From positions 3,601 through 62,702 of the forward strand of contig MQRK01219643.1 in assembly GCA_001938485.1 (NCBI GenBank): DNA of 59,102 nt, read 5' to 3'. The notes beneath the pieces are model-generated. The model did not search any database. It saw nothing but the letters and a program-made list of their open reading frames with translations, and was not told the origin of the DNA. Of this stretch, positions 41,501 through 52,783 are shown piece by piece. Position 1 is the stretch's first letter. Every line of letters starts with the position of its first letter. This DNA is from Girardia tigrina (taxonomy: Eukaryota). Made by a program: the position numbers and the translations under genes.

Positions 41501-42235
41501 ACTAATTTTGGATTTTCTTAATAAATTAAAAAAACATGTTTCATAATAAAATTAAAATTTTCACTTTAAATTTAGAATTTTTCATATTAAATTTTAATTT
41601 TTAATGGAGAAATTTTCATATTGAATTGAAAATTTGTTTAAGGTATTTTATTTAATTATCTTAAATTTCGTAAAAAAATGCGGTATTTCATTCATTTACA
41701 ACGGAATGAGATCAATCTAAAGAGAGAAAATTTTGTTCTATTTGTTACAGGAGTTTCTATAAGACAATTAATTCATTTTTCTATTATTCGTATATTTATA
41801 ACCGAATTATATCGCTACCCTATAATTATATCCCTACCCTACAGAGCTAATTTGATCTGGCCGGTACGCCAATACACTATCTAAATCAACTCAACCAAAC
41901 CGTTTTTCTTCTTCACCAAATGACCGATCAAAGGAAGTCCGAAATCGTGAAACACGTCTTGTTGGGTGCAGTCACCACCGAACACTTTCGCGAAGGTAAA
42001 TTCCAGCTGCGATAAAAAACGACATTTATTTCTGATTTTTAGAATCGTTTGAGAAATTATTCAGTAAATTTATCAATCGATCTTTGGAAACCTCTTTCGT
42101 ATTTCTTCGACAACCCTCCGGTGGTCGAGTGGAAATCGTTGAATCATTTTTCTTAATGATACACGGCTCGATATTTTCATCATTTAACGGTTTCAGTCGA
42201 CAGAAAACAGACACCGATTCCGATTCGTTATTCAT
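22964..42235 (-). CDS. KIF23: Kinesin-6 (KIF23/MKLP1/Pavarotti/ZEN-4 type), 12 exons, about 753 aa
   Basis: Hand-spliced exons with GT-AG boundaries and consistent phases: 42235-42092, 42006-41901, 37518-37388, 35527-35430, 34555-34406, 34349-34243, 32097-31976, 31917-31606, 25772-25146, 23577-23391, 23323-23145, 23062-22964 (2262 nt, one open frame). Motifs: VSVFCRLKP, P-loop GLLFAYGVTGSGKTYTM, kinesin-6 loop-6 insert IPDGFNGF, switch I NNQSSRSH, switch II LVDLAGSER, coiled coil, and MKLP1-type tail LEHK...KYILQHQ...GDLIPTAGGG. The exon-3 acceptor and the last-exon end are slightly uncertain. Confidence 0.93.
23672..24473. mobile_element. Non-autonomous hAT (Charlie/Buster-like) element in KIF23 intron 9
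   Basis: Perfect 8-bp TSD CTCTAAAT, CAG...CTG ends, subterminal CTACCGCC/GGCGGTAG. Confidence 0.85.
25146..25772 (-). CDS. KIF23: KIF23 exon 9 (neck and coiled coil)
   Basis: NVLSFAQEAKEV continues helix 6; E/K-rich heptads follow; phase 0 at both ends. Confidence 0.9.
26919..28202 (+). mobile_element. Mariner (DD34D), defective
   Basis: TA-flanked TIRs TT(G/A)GTTC(G/A)TACCAGAAAGA; WVPH, VDEKWF, QDNARPH...YSPDYNILD with 34-residue spacing; a solo TIR copy at 35091-35118. Confidence 0.9.
28456..30111 (-). mobile_element. Tc1 transposon with long IR/DR-type TIRs (about 227 bp), defective, intron-containing
   Basis: 28456-28682 is inverted at 29886-30111; inner and outer ATTCGGACA direct repeats; TA TSD; MVRGK...GRPK, FSDES, VMIWG; intron 29401-29354. 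Confidence 0.95.
31606..32097 (-). CDS. KIF23: KIF23 exons 7-8 (switch I/II)
   Basis: TNLNNQSSRSHCVF; 58-nt intron 31975-31918; LVDLAGSERTKRTG...LTHLFK...YDETL. Confidence 0.93.
34243..35527 (-). CDS. KIF23: KIF23 exons 4-6
   Basis: RIIPDGFNGFKS (35527-35430); VFISMVEICGNNIKDLL (34555-34406); IKEDRNKNKYLHNVKQIEV (34349-34243). Confidence 0.85.
35733..36244. mobile_element. MITE with CAGTGTTCC termini (hAT-like)
   Basis: CAGTGTTCCTTCTAAG...CTTGAAGGGAACACTG, GTGCAC-rich subterminal repeats, flanks ATCCCCAG/ATCCTTAC (5/8). Confidence 0.65.
36400..36970 (+). mobile_element. Internally deleted, old mariner remnant
   Basis: QHWFQKCRSGDFYIKDPSRNGRP and a C-terminal GFSRLVSHWHKC...YFD-like stretch. 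Confidence 0.6.
37388..37518 (-). CDS. KIF23: KIF23 exon 3 (P-loop)
   Basis: GLLFAYGVTGSGKTYTMQGTVPNPGIVARSI. Confidence 0.92.
37964..39091 (+). mobile_element. Mariner, mellifera-subfamily-like, defective
   Basis: TA|TTAGGTTGGGGAAAAAG...CTTTTTCCCCAACCTAA|TA; MEVNKEKIRYILQF, HDNARPH, DLAPSDY; stops, frameshifts and a 3' deletion. Confidence 0.95.
39239..39993. repeat. Foldback element (about 220-bp inverted arms, about 310-bp spacer)
   Basis: 39239-39460 is the reverse complement of 39770-39993 with few mismatches. Confidence 0.9.
39994..40617. mobile_element. MITE with GGGTA...TACCC TIRs (possibly PIF/Harbinger-like)
   Basis: About 90-bp TIRs GGGTA(A/T)ACTAC(A/C)GTACG(C/G)GCCCGAGCAAATATAA; related ends at 37552, 41878 and 58889; internal sequence repeated at 41080-41234 and 58510-58800. 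Confidence 0.75.
41901..42235 (-). CDS. KIF23: KIF23 exons 1-2 (start of motor domain)
   Basis: MNNESESVSVFCRLKPL...KE | 85-nt intron 42091-42007 | LEFTFAKVFGGDCTQQDVF...KKKN. Confidence 0.88.
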
Positions 42236-43229
42236 CGATCTATTGATTCGAGTGAATTTAAAATTCAAATACCTCAAAAAGAATTATTAAAGACACGGAT
42301 TTAAACAAAATTTTCAAATGGTAAACTTTTTGTTAAATGAATATTTTTGTTTATTATTTTAAGAAAAACTTAATTTTTACGAACATTGTTATTTGATTTT
42401 TGTTATTTTTTAAAATGATAGAAAATAATATTAGCAAATTTTAGTAAAAAGTTTGTGTTTAATAAATTATTGTGACAATAAAGTTTTGAAGATAGGAAAT
42501 TAATTTTATGTAATGGTTTGGTTTAGTATTAAATGGAAATGGTCAAGAAATTAATTGAATAAATATTTTCATTTAGAAATTTCTTTAATTGAAAATTTTT
42601 AGTTGGGAAGTTTCAGTTTACATTTTAGATCATTGCTTGCATACTCTATTCTTCAATATGAACGATACCAAAATCTTCAGTATAGTTTTATTTTTAAAAA
42701 ATTTCAAAAATTTTTACAATTTCAAAATAATGTAGGAATAATAATTGTAGAATTATCAGAGAATTATAGATGGTAACAAATAATAATTGTCGTCGCTTTG
42801 ATAATAAGGTGGTGCTTTATAACAAAAAAAATAATAAGTGTGTTCAGATAATATGGTGCAAATAATATGGACAGATAATACTGTGCTCTCGTTTTTATTG
42901 TGCGAACCGGTTTGGGTATTTATATTACCCGGACGTGCGTCTTTCTCGACATCCAACAGTTCGCCGGTAAGCTATTTCGGAGCGGATGTCGAATCAAATC
43001 GATAGGTAAATAATTATAATTGTAGCATGGACTGCAGATTGTATGCAGCTACGGACTCGTCAGTCAGCATCGGGACAAACAGGATATCCCTGTTTATAGT
43101 TTCGACAGAACAGTGCATCGGTGATCTACGCGTCATAAATTTCGTTTATCACGAAGATAAACAGTCGGCGGATTCGTTGTTTATTCAACGAAATTTCAAT
43201 CATTCTGGTAAGATTGTTAATTAACTTAA

Positions 43230-43478
43230 CCCTTTACTGACTATTGATGCCATATGGAATCATAATATATATCAGACTTGTATAGCCATCTATGAATGAA
43301 TAGGGATAACATTTTTTATTTAGATCGATAAGGAAGATCGANNNNNNNNNNNNNNNNNNNNNNNNNNNNNNNNNNNNNNNNNNNNNNNNNNTATTTGTTG
43401 TCAATTAAATTTTTACTCTAATTACTTTACTGCTTTCGCATATATTTTACTACATTTCAGTGTATATATATGTATAAG

Positions 43479-43524
<46 letters not shown>

Positions 43525-43653
43525 ATATATATATATGTATATTTTATGTATAAGAAAAAAAAACTAAAAATTATTTTTTGGTACCCTATATGTACTCAAA
43601 AAACATACTTTTGGTGTGTTTAAATTGATATTCTTAATTCAGCCAGGAAAGGG
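43230..43653. mobile_element. piggyBac-type MITE spanning an N-gap
   Basis: TTAA|CCCTTTACTG...CAGGAAAGGG|TTAA; internal (TA)n/(TG)n. Confidence 0.7.
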
Positions 43654-43699
43654 TTAATTACCTTATTAATTTTCTGTTTTTATTTTATTTCCCCTCTGG

Positions 43700-44300
43700 T
43701 GAAATATCGAGCTGAAAAGAAGCTCCCCATTCAGTTGATGGTCTGGATCTGTATTTCAGAGGATGGAAAGGTTAGTGCCTTGAACTATCAATGCCAAATT
43801 CTATCAGGACCATTGCATTAACACAGCACTGGGTCGCTTTATTGAGGAGCACCGAGAGAGCAATATTATGTTCTGACCATACCTTGTGTCAGCACATCAC
43901 GCGAATTTTACACTGCAACAGTTGGAGTCATTTCATATCCCATTTGTGCCCAAGACATCCAACCCTCCAAACATTCCCGTATGCCGTCCAGTGGAGAATT
44001 TTTGGACCAATCTTAAATCCAAAGTTTACAATGGAGGTTGGGAGGCCACGAAAATCATGCAGTTGGAGCGTAAGGTAAAGAAATCATTGAAGGAAATTGA
44101 CATGTCGCATTTGCGCAATGATTTTAGGACTGCCAGAGCCCGAATAAGATGTGTATCGTAATGGACCATTGTCTCTTCTTTAATGTGTATTTCATGTTCT
44201 ACTTGTCCTATTCATCTGCCAATAAAAGTTTTGCTTCGATTAAACCTTTACAGCCATTAATTCATTTACTACAAATTTAATTAAAAAGTTCTTTACACAG
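43700..44300 (+). mobile_element. 3' fragment of a DD37E (TRT/ITmD37E-type) transposon
   Basis: LMVWICISEDG...F*PYLVSAHHA...NPPNIPVCRPVENFW with 37 residues between the mutated D position and E; ends ...ACACAG|TA. Confidence 0.8.
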
Positions 44301-44884
44301 TATGTTCAAAAAATTATAAACGATACACAAAGAAAATTCCGATTACTGAAATTTTATAAAAATGGAGTCTTGCTGACGTTAATTCTACTAAAAACTTGTA
44401 AAACATAGAATTCTTTTTATAAAATCCCAAACATGACCAAAATAAAAAAACTCAATCAACCAAATTTATTTTCTAAACATAAAATTGACAAAGTTAATAA
44501 ACTGAACATGTTAAAATGGTCTTTCAGTTATTTCATCAAACGCCTAAAAAGTAATAAAACTTTGTTAAATTTGATTTTCAAAAATATACCTTTTGAATAG
44601 AATAAGGAAGAACAAATGATGCTCTATGAATTTCAGGGGTATAATGCTTCAATTGATCTTGGAATGGTAGAACTTTATCAATCGGTTCGTTGAATACGGT
44701 GTGCTAATATAATTAATAATAAAAACTTCTTAATATTTATTGGACATTATTCAAATCCTCAAAACGAGATGTGACACAATGGTACAGTTAATTCTACATA
44801 ACTTGACATTGTAAGAAATTAGACAAATAAAAATAAATAATGAAAACATAAACTCAGGGGTGTATATTTTACCGTGACGAATTA

Positions 44885-45299
44885 CCGTATATGCTCGCAT
44901 ATAAGCCGAATTTAGAACTATAAAATACAATACTGAAATCAGGGGGTCGGCTTATATGTGCATAAAAGAAAATGAACACAAGTCAGTGACAATGATTTTG
45001 AAGGTAATTAATTAATTTTAATCTAATTAATTTTAAGAACACTACGTTAAATTATAAACAGAAATGTTAAAGCTTTTGTGAATAAATAGAAAACAAAAAG
45101 ATTTTCTTCTTTATTCATATCAAAATGTATAATTTCTTCTATTTTTTTAGAATGTAACATAAAGTAAGCACTTTACATCTTTACAGTAACAAATTTCTAT
45201 GAACCAAAAATACCAAATTAACAAAATGTGATAAGAGTCCAATTTTGTTGATTGGGTATGGAGTAAAATTAGACAAGTTGAAGGTCGGCTTATATACGG
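44885..45299. mobile_element. pogo/Tc2-like MITE
   Basis: TA|CCGTATATGCTCGCATATAAGCCGA...TCGGCTTATATACGG|TA, with internal TCGGCTTATA repeats. Confidence 0.8.
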
Positions 45300-46064
45300 T
45301 AGGTGATGTATTTTAGTAAATTCAAATTAGAGATACATATTTTATTTCAAACAAATCTTATTTTTTTATCAAACCAGTTGTTAAGATATTTAACAATATT
45401 GCTCAAAACACATTTATTCAGTATAAAGTTATCAGTTGTTAAATTAACCTTGCCAATATTTTCTCATCTTAAATCAAACATTTCTTAAATAAATTTTTTC
45501 AGAGTTATGTACTTCTCTAATGTTTGAACTCTATTTAATTTCAAAATTGATCTAACCATTTAATTCAATTTAGAATACTTTTACTACCGGTGTGTTTGAG
45601 ATCTGAATGTAGTAGTGTGCTAAACCGGAGGGGTACAGTACCTTTTAGTGCAAAATTTTTCGATCATATTTTGTTATATCAAAAATTTTAGATTAAAATG
45701 GTTTATTGTCAGAAATTATTTAAAAAAAATAAATAATATAAGGCTTTAAAAATATTATTTTATAAAAAATAATGTTAAGTTTTATACTAGTTGCTTTTTA
45801 TATTTCATTAAATAAAGTAAAATTTCTAAAACAATGTTTAGCAAACGAAATAAGTTTGGTTGTAATTCGTCTTTGTGTTTGATAAGTAATAATACGAGCA
45901 TAACATTTTGGCGCTTTGAAAACCAAAATGAGAAGGATGAAATAAGAATTGTGTAGTGGAAAAAAATGAGATAAATAACACTAGTCTGCAAAAAATTTTT
46001 TCAAAAATTTTATATATATATATATATGGAAACTTTTAAAATTCTTTCTACACAAATTATTTTA

Positions 46065-46250
46065 CACACACAAAAAATTAAAAATTCTTTTACACAAAAA
46101 TCTTTATTGAAATAAAAAACTGCCAAAATTTTGTTTGTTAAAACAAAATTGTTGATTGCGTTTTTTGTTTAACATTTATTTTCGGCTCCCGGTTGCGGAG
46201 ATTAACAAGACATAAAAAATACTAATTAGATTAAAAAAACATATATTAAA
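46065..46250 (+). repeat. Direct repeat (about 185 bp) of 51089-51280, bracketing the Gypsy
   Basis: Direct comparison; differs by substitutions and two short indels. Confidence 0.9.
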
Positions 46251-46328
46251 GAAAAATCATATATCAACTTCCGCCGGGTGGTAAATTAATTTAAAATTTA
46301 AATTAAATTAAAATTTAATGTTGAAATT

Positions 46329-49300
46329 GCGTGCACTACATCAGCCCCCTCTTTGAGATGCGGAGACATCGCAGGAATGTTATACTGTTCGTAATGGAAT
46401 CAAGTACGATGCATTCGATAATTGAACCCATGGGGAGAATGAGACTGACTTTTTGATGGAATAAATTGTCGTGAAATTATCTGGGTCATCGTCGATATGA
46501 ATACAAGATTTCAACTTGCATAAGTTGACGGTACGGTGCGTACCTTTAAAATCAATTGCGGCTGTATTGTTCTCCATGTTGAGCTGTACTACTAGGTGTG
46601 GGCCAGTGTATCTGGTTTGTAGAGAAGTGGGGTGTTCTCGAACCAACCATACGAATTTGGCGTTGCACAAGTCTTTCGGCACATGCACCTTGAATGCATT
46701 ATATTTTGGTGGAGAAGTGTCTAGGTTGATGAAGTGTTGCCATCCAGTTCAAGTTGTTCGTCATTACTGGGACAGTCGTTAAAAAAATCTCATTGACGAG
46801 TGACGTATTGGAACCACACAGCATCTGAGCTGGTGAAGTGCCGTGACGTCTACTGGGAATATTTATCCATCCAAGGAGGACCAGTGGCAACTGTTTGGTT
46901 CAGTTTCTGTTGACGGACATTGTCCTAAGAGAGTTCTTTAATGTCCTATGAAATCTTTCGACAAGACCATTTGACTATGGGTGAAATGCTGTGGTTTTAA
47001 GTCGTTGAGTTCCCAACCTTTAGAGTCGGTTGGTAAAGATGTTGGACTCAAATTGGTCTGTGATGATGCGCTTGCGAACGCCAAATCTGGCGATCCAATT
47101 GTTGACAAAAATTTCAACAATTGTCTCGGTTGCGATGTTCCTCATTGGAAATACTTCTGGCCAACGCGTGTTCCGATCGATGATGGTGAGGAGATATAAG
47201 TAGCCATTGCAGGGTGGAAGTGGACCGACGATGTCCATATGTATTGTATCGAAACGGCTGCCTGTTGGAAAGCTGAGAACTGGAGGCTTGGTGTGTCTGG
47301 ATACTTTGTTGGCTTGGCATTATACCAATAGCTTAATGTCGCGGCGCATATAAGGCCAAATGACTTTTGTGCGCAATAGTTCATATGTTGCCTTCGATCC
47401 GGGATGAGCGCTGGAATGGGCGGCCTTGAACGCATCTGCACGGAGGGCTGAGCTCAGAACGGGACGTGGACAACCTGCGATGGAAGTATCGAAATAAATG
47501 CGGTTGACTGTTCCTTGAAAGTAGCTAGGTCCTTATCCGATGGTGGATAATGCTCCAGGATGTCTTGGGTGAATAATAGTTCAAAGTCCAATGAAGCCAA
47601 TTCGATTCGTGAAAAACAATCAGCAACGACGTTGTCAACTCCGGAGATAAATTTGATCTCGATGTCAAATTGGGATAGATAGCTGATCTGTCTTTGTTGA
47701 CGTGGTGACGGATTCTTCATTTGAAAGATTTGGAGAAGTGGTTTATGGTCTGTATACATTGTTGTCGATCGGCCAATCAACAAGTGTTCGAAATGTTTTA
47801 CCGACATGAACAAACCAAAGAGTTCTCTATCGAAGGTAGAGTACTTAGTTTGGGTTGGCGAGAGCTTGTGTGAATAAAATTCCAGTGGTTCAGGAATTTT
47901 GTCACTCACCTGCATCAGGACTGCTCCAATTGCGATATTAGATGCATCTGTCGTAAGCGTTATTGGTAGAGAGCCGTCTGGAAATCGGAGCGATGTGGTC
48001 TGTGTGATGTCCAGTTTTATCTGCTGAAAAGTTCTCACTGCTTCTTCGGACCAGGATAATTGTTGCTTCTTGGGTCCAGATGACATCTGTAAGTGGAGTC
48101 AGAGTCGCTGAAATGTTTGGAATAAATTTGCGACAGTAATTGACCAACCCCAGAAAGCTGTGCAGGGTTGTGACCGTTTCTGGTAGGGGAAAAGTTGTGA
48201 TGGCCTTAATTCGTTCTGGTATTGGGCTAATACCATCTTGTACTACAGTATGTCCCAGAAATTCGACACTAGATTGGAAGAACTTGCATTTGGTGAGTTT
48301 CAATTTGAGATGGTTGGCATTGAGTCTCGACAGAGTATCTGAAAGATGTTGTTGGTGAGAAGTTTCATCTGGGAACGCAATAACTACGTCGTCGATATAC
48401 GCTGCCATGTTCGATAAGCCAGAGAGGATGATGTCGATATGTCTCTGGAAAGTCTGTGAAGCGTTACGGAGACCAAATGGCATTCGAAGAGGTCAAATGG
48501 CGTTATGATGGCGGTTTTCGGTATTGAGTCTTCCACAACTGGGAATTGGTGATACGCTTTAGCCAAATCCAGTGATGAAAAAACTTTCCAGCCAGCGACG
48601 TTATAATATATCGGTAATGAGCGGCATTGGATATGAATCAGGAATCGTAACCCTGTTCAAACCTCTATAATCGCCACATATGCGTAACGATCCATCCTTC
48701 TTGGTGACAATCTGCAGAGGAGCGGCCCACGGAAAACTGGATCGGCGTATAATGCCGCACTCCTCAAGTTCCTTGAATTCTTTTTCGGCCAGGAGTCTTT
48801 TTTCTTGGGACAATTCGCGACGGCGTTGGTGGACTGGTGCACATGGCATTGTGACTATGACATGATTTGAAATGCAGATGCCGGTTTTGTTGAAGTGATC
48901 AGGTGCATTTATTGTATTCGGAAAGTTCTGTTTAATATATTGTGCAGTATCAGAAACGAGTGAGCAGACTTGCGATTTAGTCGGTGTGGTGGACAAAGGT
49001 TCCAATGTGTGGTGCAAAATTATGTTTTTTGTTTCTGTAATCCATTAATAATCGAAAATGGTCAAAGAAATTTGCGCCAAATATAGGTTGTCACATCTGC
49101 AACGGCGAAGGTCCGCTGGAAAGATGGATCCAAAGAGGCAAGCTTGAACGAGAGATTGATTGTTCCATAAGTGTAGACGACTGAACCGCTGGCGGCTGAA
49201 AGTCGGCGGGTAGAACGCATTGTTTGCGGTTGGAAAATTCTGGGAAGAACCGATATGGCTGAACCAGTGTCAGCCAAGAATGACATTGTTTCGGATGAAT

Positions 49301-50495
49301 GACCGCTAATTGTGGCGTTGCACGCGAAAATGCCGCAGCAATTGTTGGCGCACTTCTGAGTGGGTTGCGAAGACCGAAGGTGAACTCAGTTTTTTGGAGT
49401 TTGGAAAGAACAACCACGTGTACAACGCTTTGCCTGGTCACCATAACGGGAGTGATAGATACATATGTCGTCCATGTCCAACTTGGCGTTTGATCCATCC
49501 ATGTGCAACCGGGAATGCATTTTTTGCTCCTTTTCCGAATTTGCTTTGATACCAGCACACGTTGGTGCTTGGTGAACGATTACGGTCGACTGACGATTGC
49601 CGTTTTCGAGAATCCCTTTGTTTCCCATGATTGAGTGCCGTTATCTGCATCATAATTTCTTGCATTTGTAGCTGTAACGTTGTAATTTGGCTGGAGAGAT
49701 CGGTTGGTGCTGCAGGAGGAGACGACTGAGTTGACGATGTAGAAACAGCAAAGCAGGTGGATGATTGCGCAACTTGTGTTGCTGTAATGTTGTCTGCAAT
49801 CTTCGCCAACTCGTTTAGGTTGGTGATTGTGGTGCCAGCTAATACTGCTTGCACCAGGGGTGGCAAGGATCGTAAAAAAATCGTTTGAGTACTTCGTTTT
49901 CTGGGCCGTTTGTAATTTCTGGATGAATTGCTTCTAAATCCATAACGATCTTAGCTAGAAATACTGACGGTTTCTGGCTTCCCAGGGATTGCGACTGAAA
50001 GTAAGTTGCAAAGATTTCATCAAGTGATGGATTAAAGGATTGGAGAATCCGTCTCTTCAACTCCTCAAATGGCTTCTCGTGAGATCCTATGGTTGCCAGG
50101 TGTGCTGAAACGGACTGCATAAGCTCTGGTGGGAGTACGCACAATGTGTGTGGAACATTGCAACTTGTTTGGTCAACTTTTGGATCCTAAATCACATCTC
50201 GATGATGTCTAACCAACCCTGGAGTGATCCATTCGCGTCCAGAAAATACGGTGGTGTTGCAGTTGGTGCGTTAATATCTTCACCTTCGTCGGGTTTATTA
50301 ATCATACCACCCGGTAGGACGCGGTGCACGGTGATTTTCGCTTCGTTTGGTATATTATATGTGGACCAAGTTAGATGTGGGCGAAGCGGCTTGGTGCCCC
50401 ATACTAGCTAGACACGAGATTTATCATCGTCCTTCAGTAACGATAGTGTCACAAATGCGCGCATCGAGAGCAACCCTAAGTGTGGAGTCACTGAG
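46329..50495 (-). mobile_element. Ty3/Gypsy retrotransposon, CsRN1-like clade, disrupted, LTRs mostly lost
   Basis: gag with CWYx..FG..AKKC..GC motifs; protease FLADTGSAISVLP; RT LRICGDYRGLN, MPFGLRNA, YIDD; RNase H TDAS, DREL, TDHKPL; integrase DIVGPLP, ITDQ, YTGP; PPT GAGGGGGCTGA then TGTAGTG at 46340; degenerate PBS near 50483-50493. Confidence 0.95.
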
Positions 50496-51556
50496 ATCTC
50501 CCTGGAGGTTTATGGAAATATGATCGCATTGGGATAATGATGGGATGTTTTTGAAATAATAAAAACAAAAAATATTGAAAGCAACTGAATTTTCCCCTCG
50601 AATCCCCCAAAATTAATTCCACCGACAATTTTATGCCAAATAAATATAAAAAAATCAATAAAATTGTCCTTATTTAAATTCATTAAATAATTAACAAAAA
50701 ATATAATGAAATGTCCCCCAAAAATGTCGCTCCCCGCAGGCAGAAGGTCAAAATAAATTGAATTCACCATGGCAACCGACATGGGTGTCCCCAATCGATG
50801 ATTCGTCCTGGTTTCCGCATTCGTTGACCTCGGGAATGTTGGCGAGCCGGAGTGAATCTCATTTAAATTTGATCGGCGCCGGGAGTAGAGTGACGTACCG
50901 AGCGCAGAGAGGCAATGCTGGATCGCTGTTTGAAGGCCGGTCCGTGAGCGGCGAATCGGAATTTGGTGGATCCGAGTTGCGAGTGGTGATTGAAACTGTG
51001 GAAGAATTCACCGTGGCCGGGAGTTGTGGGTAACTCAGAGCCGAAAATGAACACAGTTCGGCAAGTGACACCATTTTTTGTGTGTGAAAAATAAAAAAAT
51101 CCTTTTACACAAAAATCTTTATTGAATTAAAAAACTACCAAAATTTTGTTTGTTAAAACAAAATTGTTGATTGAATTTTTTTGATTGCGTTTTTTTGTTT
51201 AACATTTATTTTTGGCCCCCGATTGTGAGGATTAACAAGATGGGGGACATAAAAATACTAATAAGATTAAAAAAACATTTTTCAGTGCAACGCCTTAGCC
51301 GAAAGACGCCCGGAAGCCGACGAAATCGATCAAAAACCGTGCAGGTCGTTAAACGATTAAATTAACACTGATTTAAAATAATGACGATTGATGACTCCTA
51401 CTAGGAATTTCGTGAAAGTTTTTATGAAAATACTAATAAAATACTAATTTATTTGCTAAATAACGATTTTTATCAATTATTTACTAATTATATTGCTTAA
51501 AACCAATTTTGTAGAAATTACAAATTTTCGTTATTAAAAAATAATATCAACAAATA

Positions 51557-52783
51557 TTAGGTTGTTGTGAAATCAATGCAGGTTTTTGAACCTAAACATT
51601 AAGTAAATGTAACTCAGTACAAAATAAACTTTATTAATCGAAATAAAAATCATCAAAATCAATACATTTTTTTGCCAACGAGAAACAAGTTTATTGATGC
51701 CCCTAGTGTAGAACTCCTGAGTTCTGGATGCGATGAAAGCATTAAAAGGGTCTTTGTCGTTGTCTTAGTTTTTGAGGCATTTTTCCTGGAGGAAGTTGTC
51801 TAGATTCTTGAAAAATAGTAGTCGGTGGGCGAGAAGTCCGGTGAGTAGGGTGGATGAGGAGTTTCGTAGCCCAATTCTTTTAGCTTTTGTATGGTCGGTT
51901 TTGTGATGTGTGGCCGGGCGTTGTCGTGGAGAATTAACCACTTAATATTGACCAATCTTTGATACATACGTCGGAGATCGTGATGCATGTTGTCAATTTG
52001 TTGGCAGTACTTCTCTGTGGTGATCGTTCCATTCGTATTCAGAAAGTTTTGATGGATGAGACCGGCTGCGAACCACCAAACAGTCACCATAACCTTCTTT
52101 TGGTGGAGTTTCGGTTTCGGAAAGTGGTAAGGAACCTTGTCGCGGTTCAACCATTGTGACGAATGCAGCCGATTGTCGTAGAGAATCCACTTCTCATCAC
52201 ACGTCACAATCCGATCGAGAAACGGGTCGTTTTTGTTGCGCAGAAGAAGCGCGGAAGACACCTCAAAACGACGATTTTTTGACATTCGTTCAATTCGATA
52301 GGCACCCATTTATCGCGCTTTTTCGACTTTTCAATTTGCTTCAAGTGCCGAGCGACGGATCAACGTTAAACTCGTCTGTGAGTGCTCGAACAGTTGTGCG
52401 TGGATCGGCTTCCACCAGCTCCTTTAATTCGTCATCATCAATCGTCGATGGGTGGCTGCCATGAGGCTAATCTTCCAGAGTGAACCCTTTGATACCAGCA
52501 CTGCATCGTGCATTCGTTGACACGTCCTTTGCCTCAAACTTCGTTGATGTTTCGAGCGGTTTGAGCTGCACTACCCGTGGCTGAACTTGTAGAAGTAAAT
52601 GTTGCGAAAATCACGTTTTGACATATGCAATTAAAATCGAAATCATTAACAAAAGAAACATTATAATAAGTTTTAGACAAATATATCTGAAAGAGTATAA
52701 ATTAAGCTTAATGTATATCAAAGATGGATTAAATTTCTTATAGAATGAGACAACTAACTGCAGAATTAATAATGTAAAACTAA
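51557..52783 (-). mobile_element. Mariner, cecropia-subfamily-like (Hsmar1-like), defective
   Basis: ATG at 52624; RRFEVSSALLLRNKNDPFLDRIVTCDEKWILYDN, HDNARPH, YSPDFSPTDY; left TIR TA|TTAGGTTG; right TIR degenerate. Confidence 0.92.

Noticed and set aside
46065-51280. Flanking 185-bp direct repeats as the Gypsy LTRs
   Set aside because: Not adjacent to the PPT or PBS, no TG...CA ends, no TSD.
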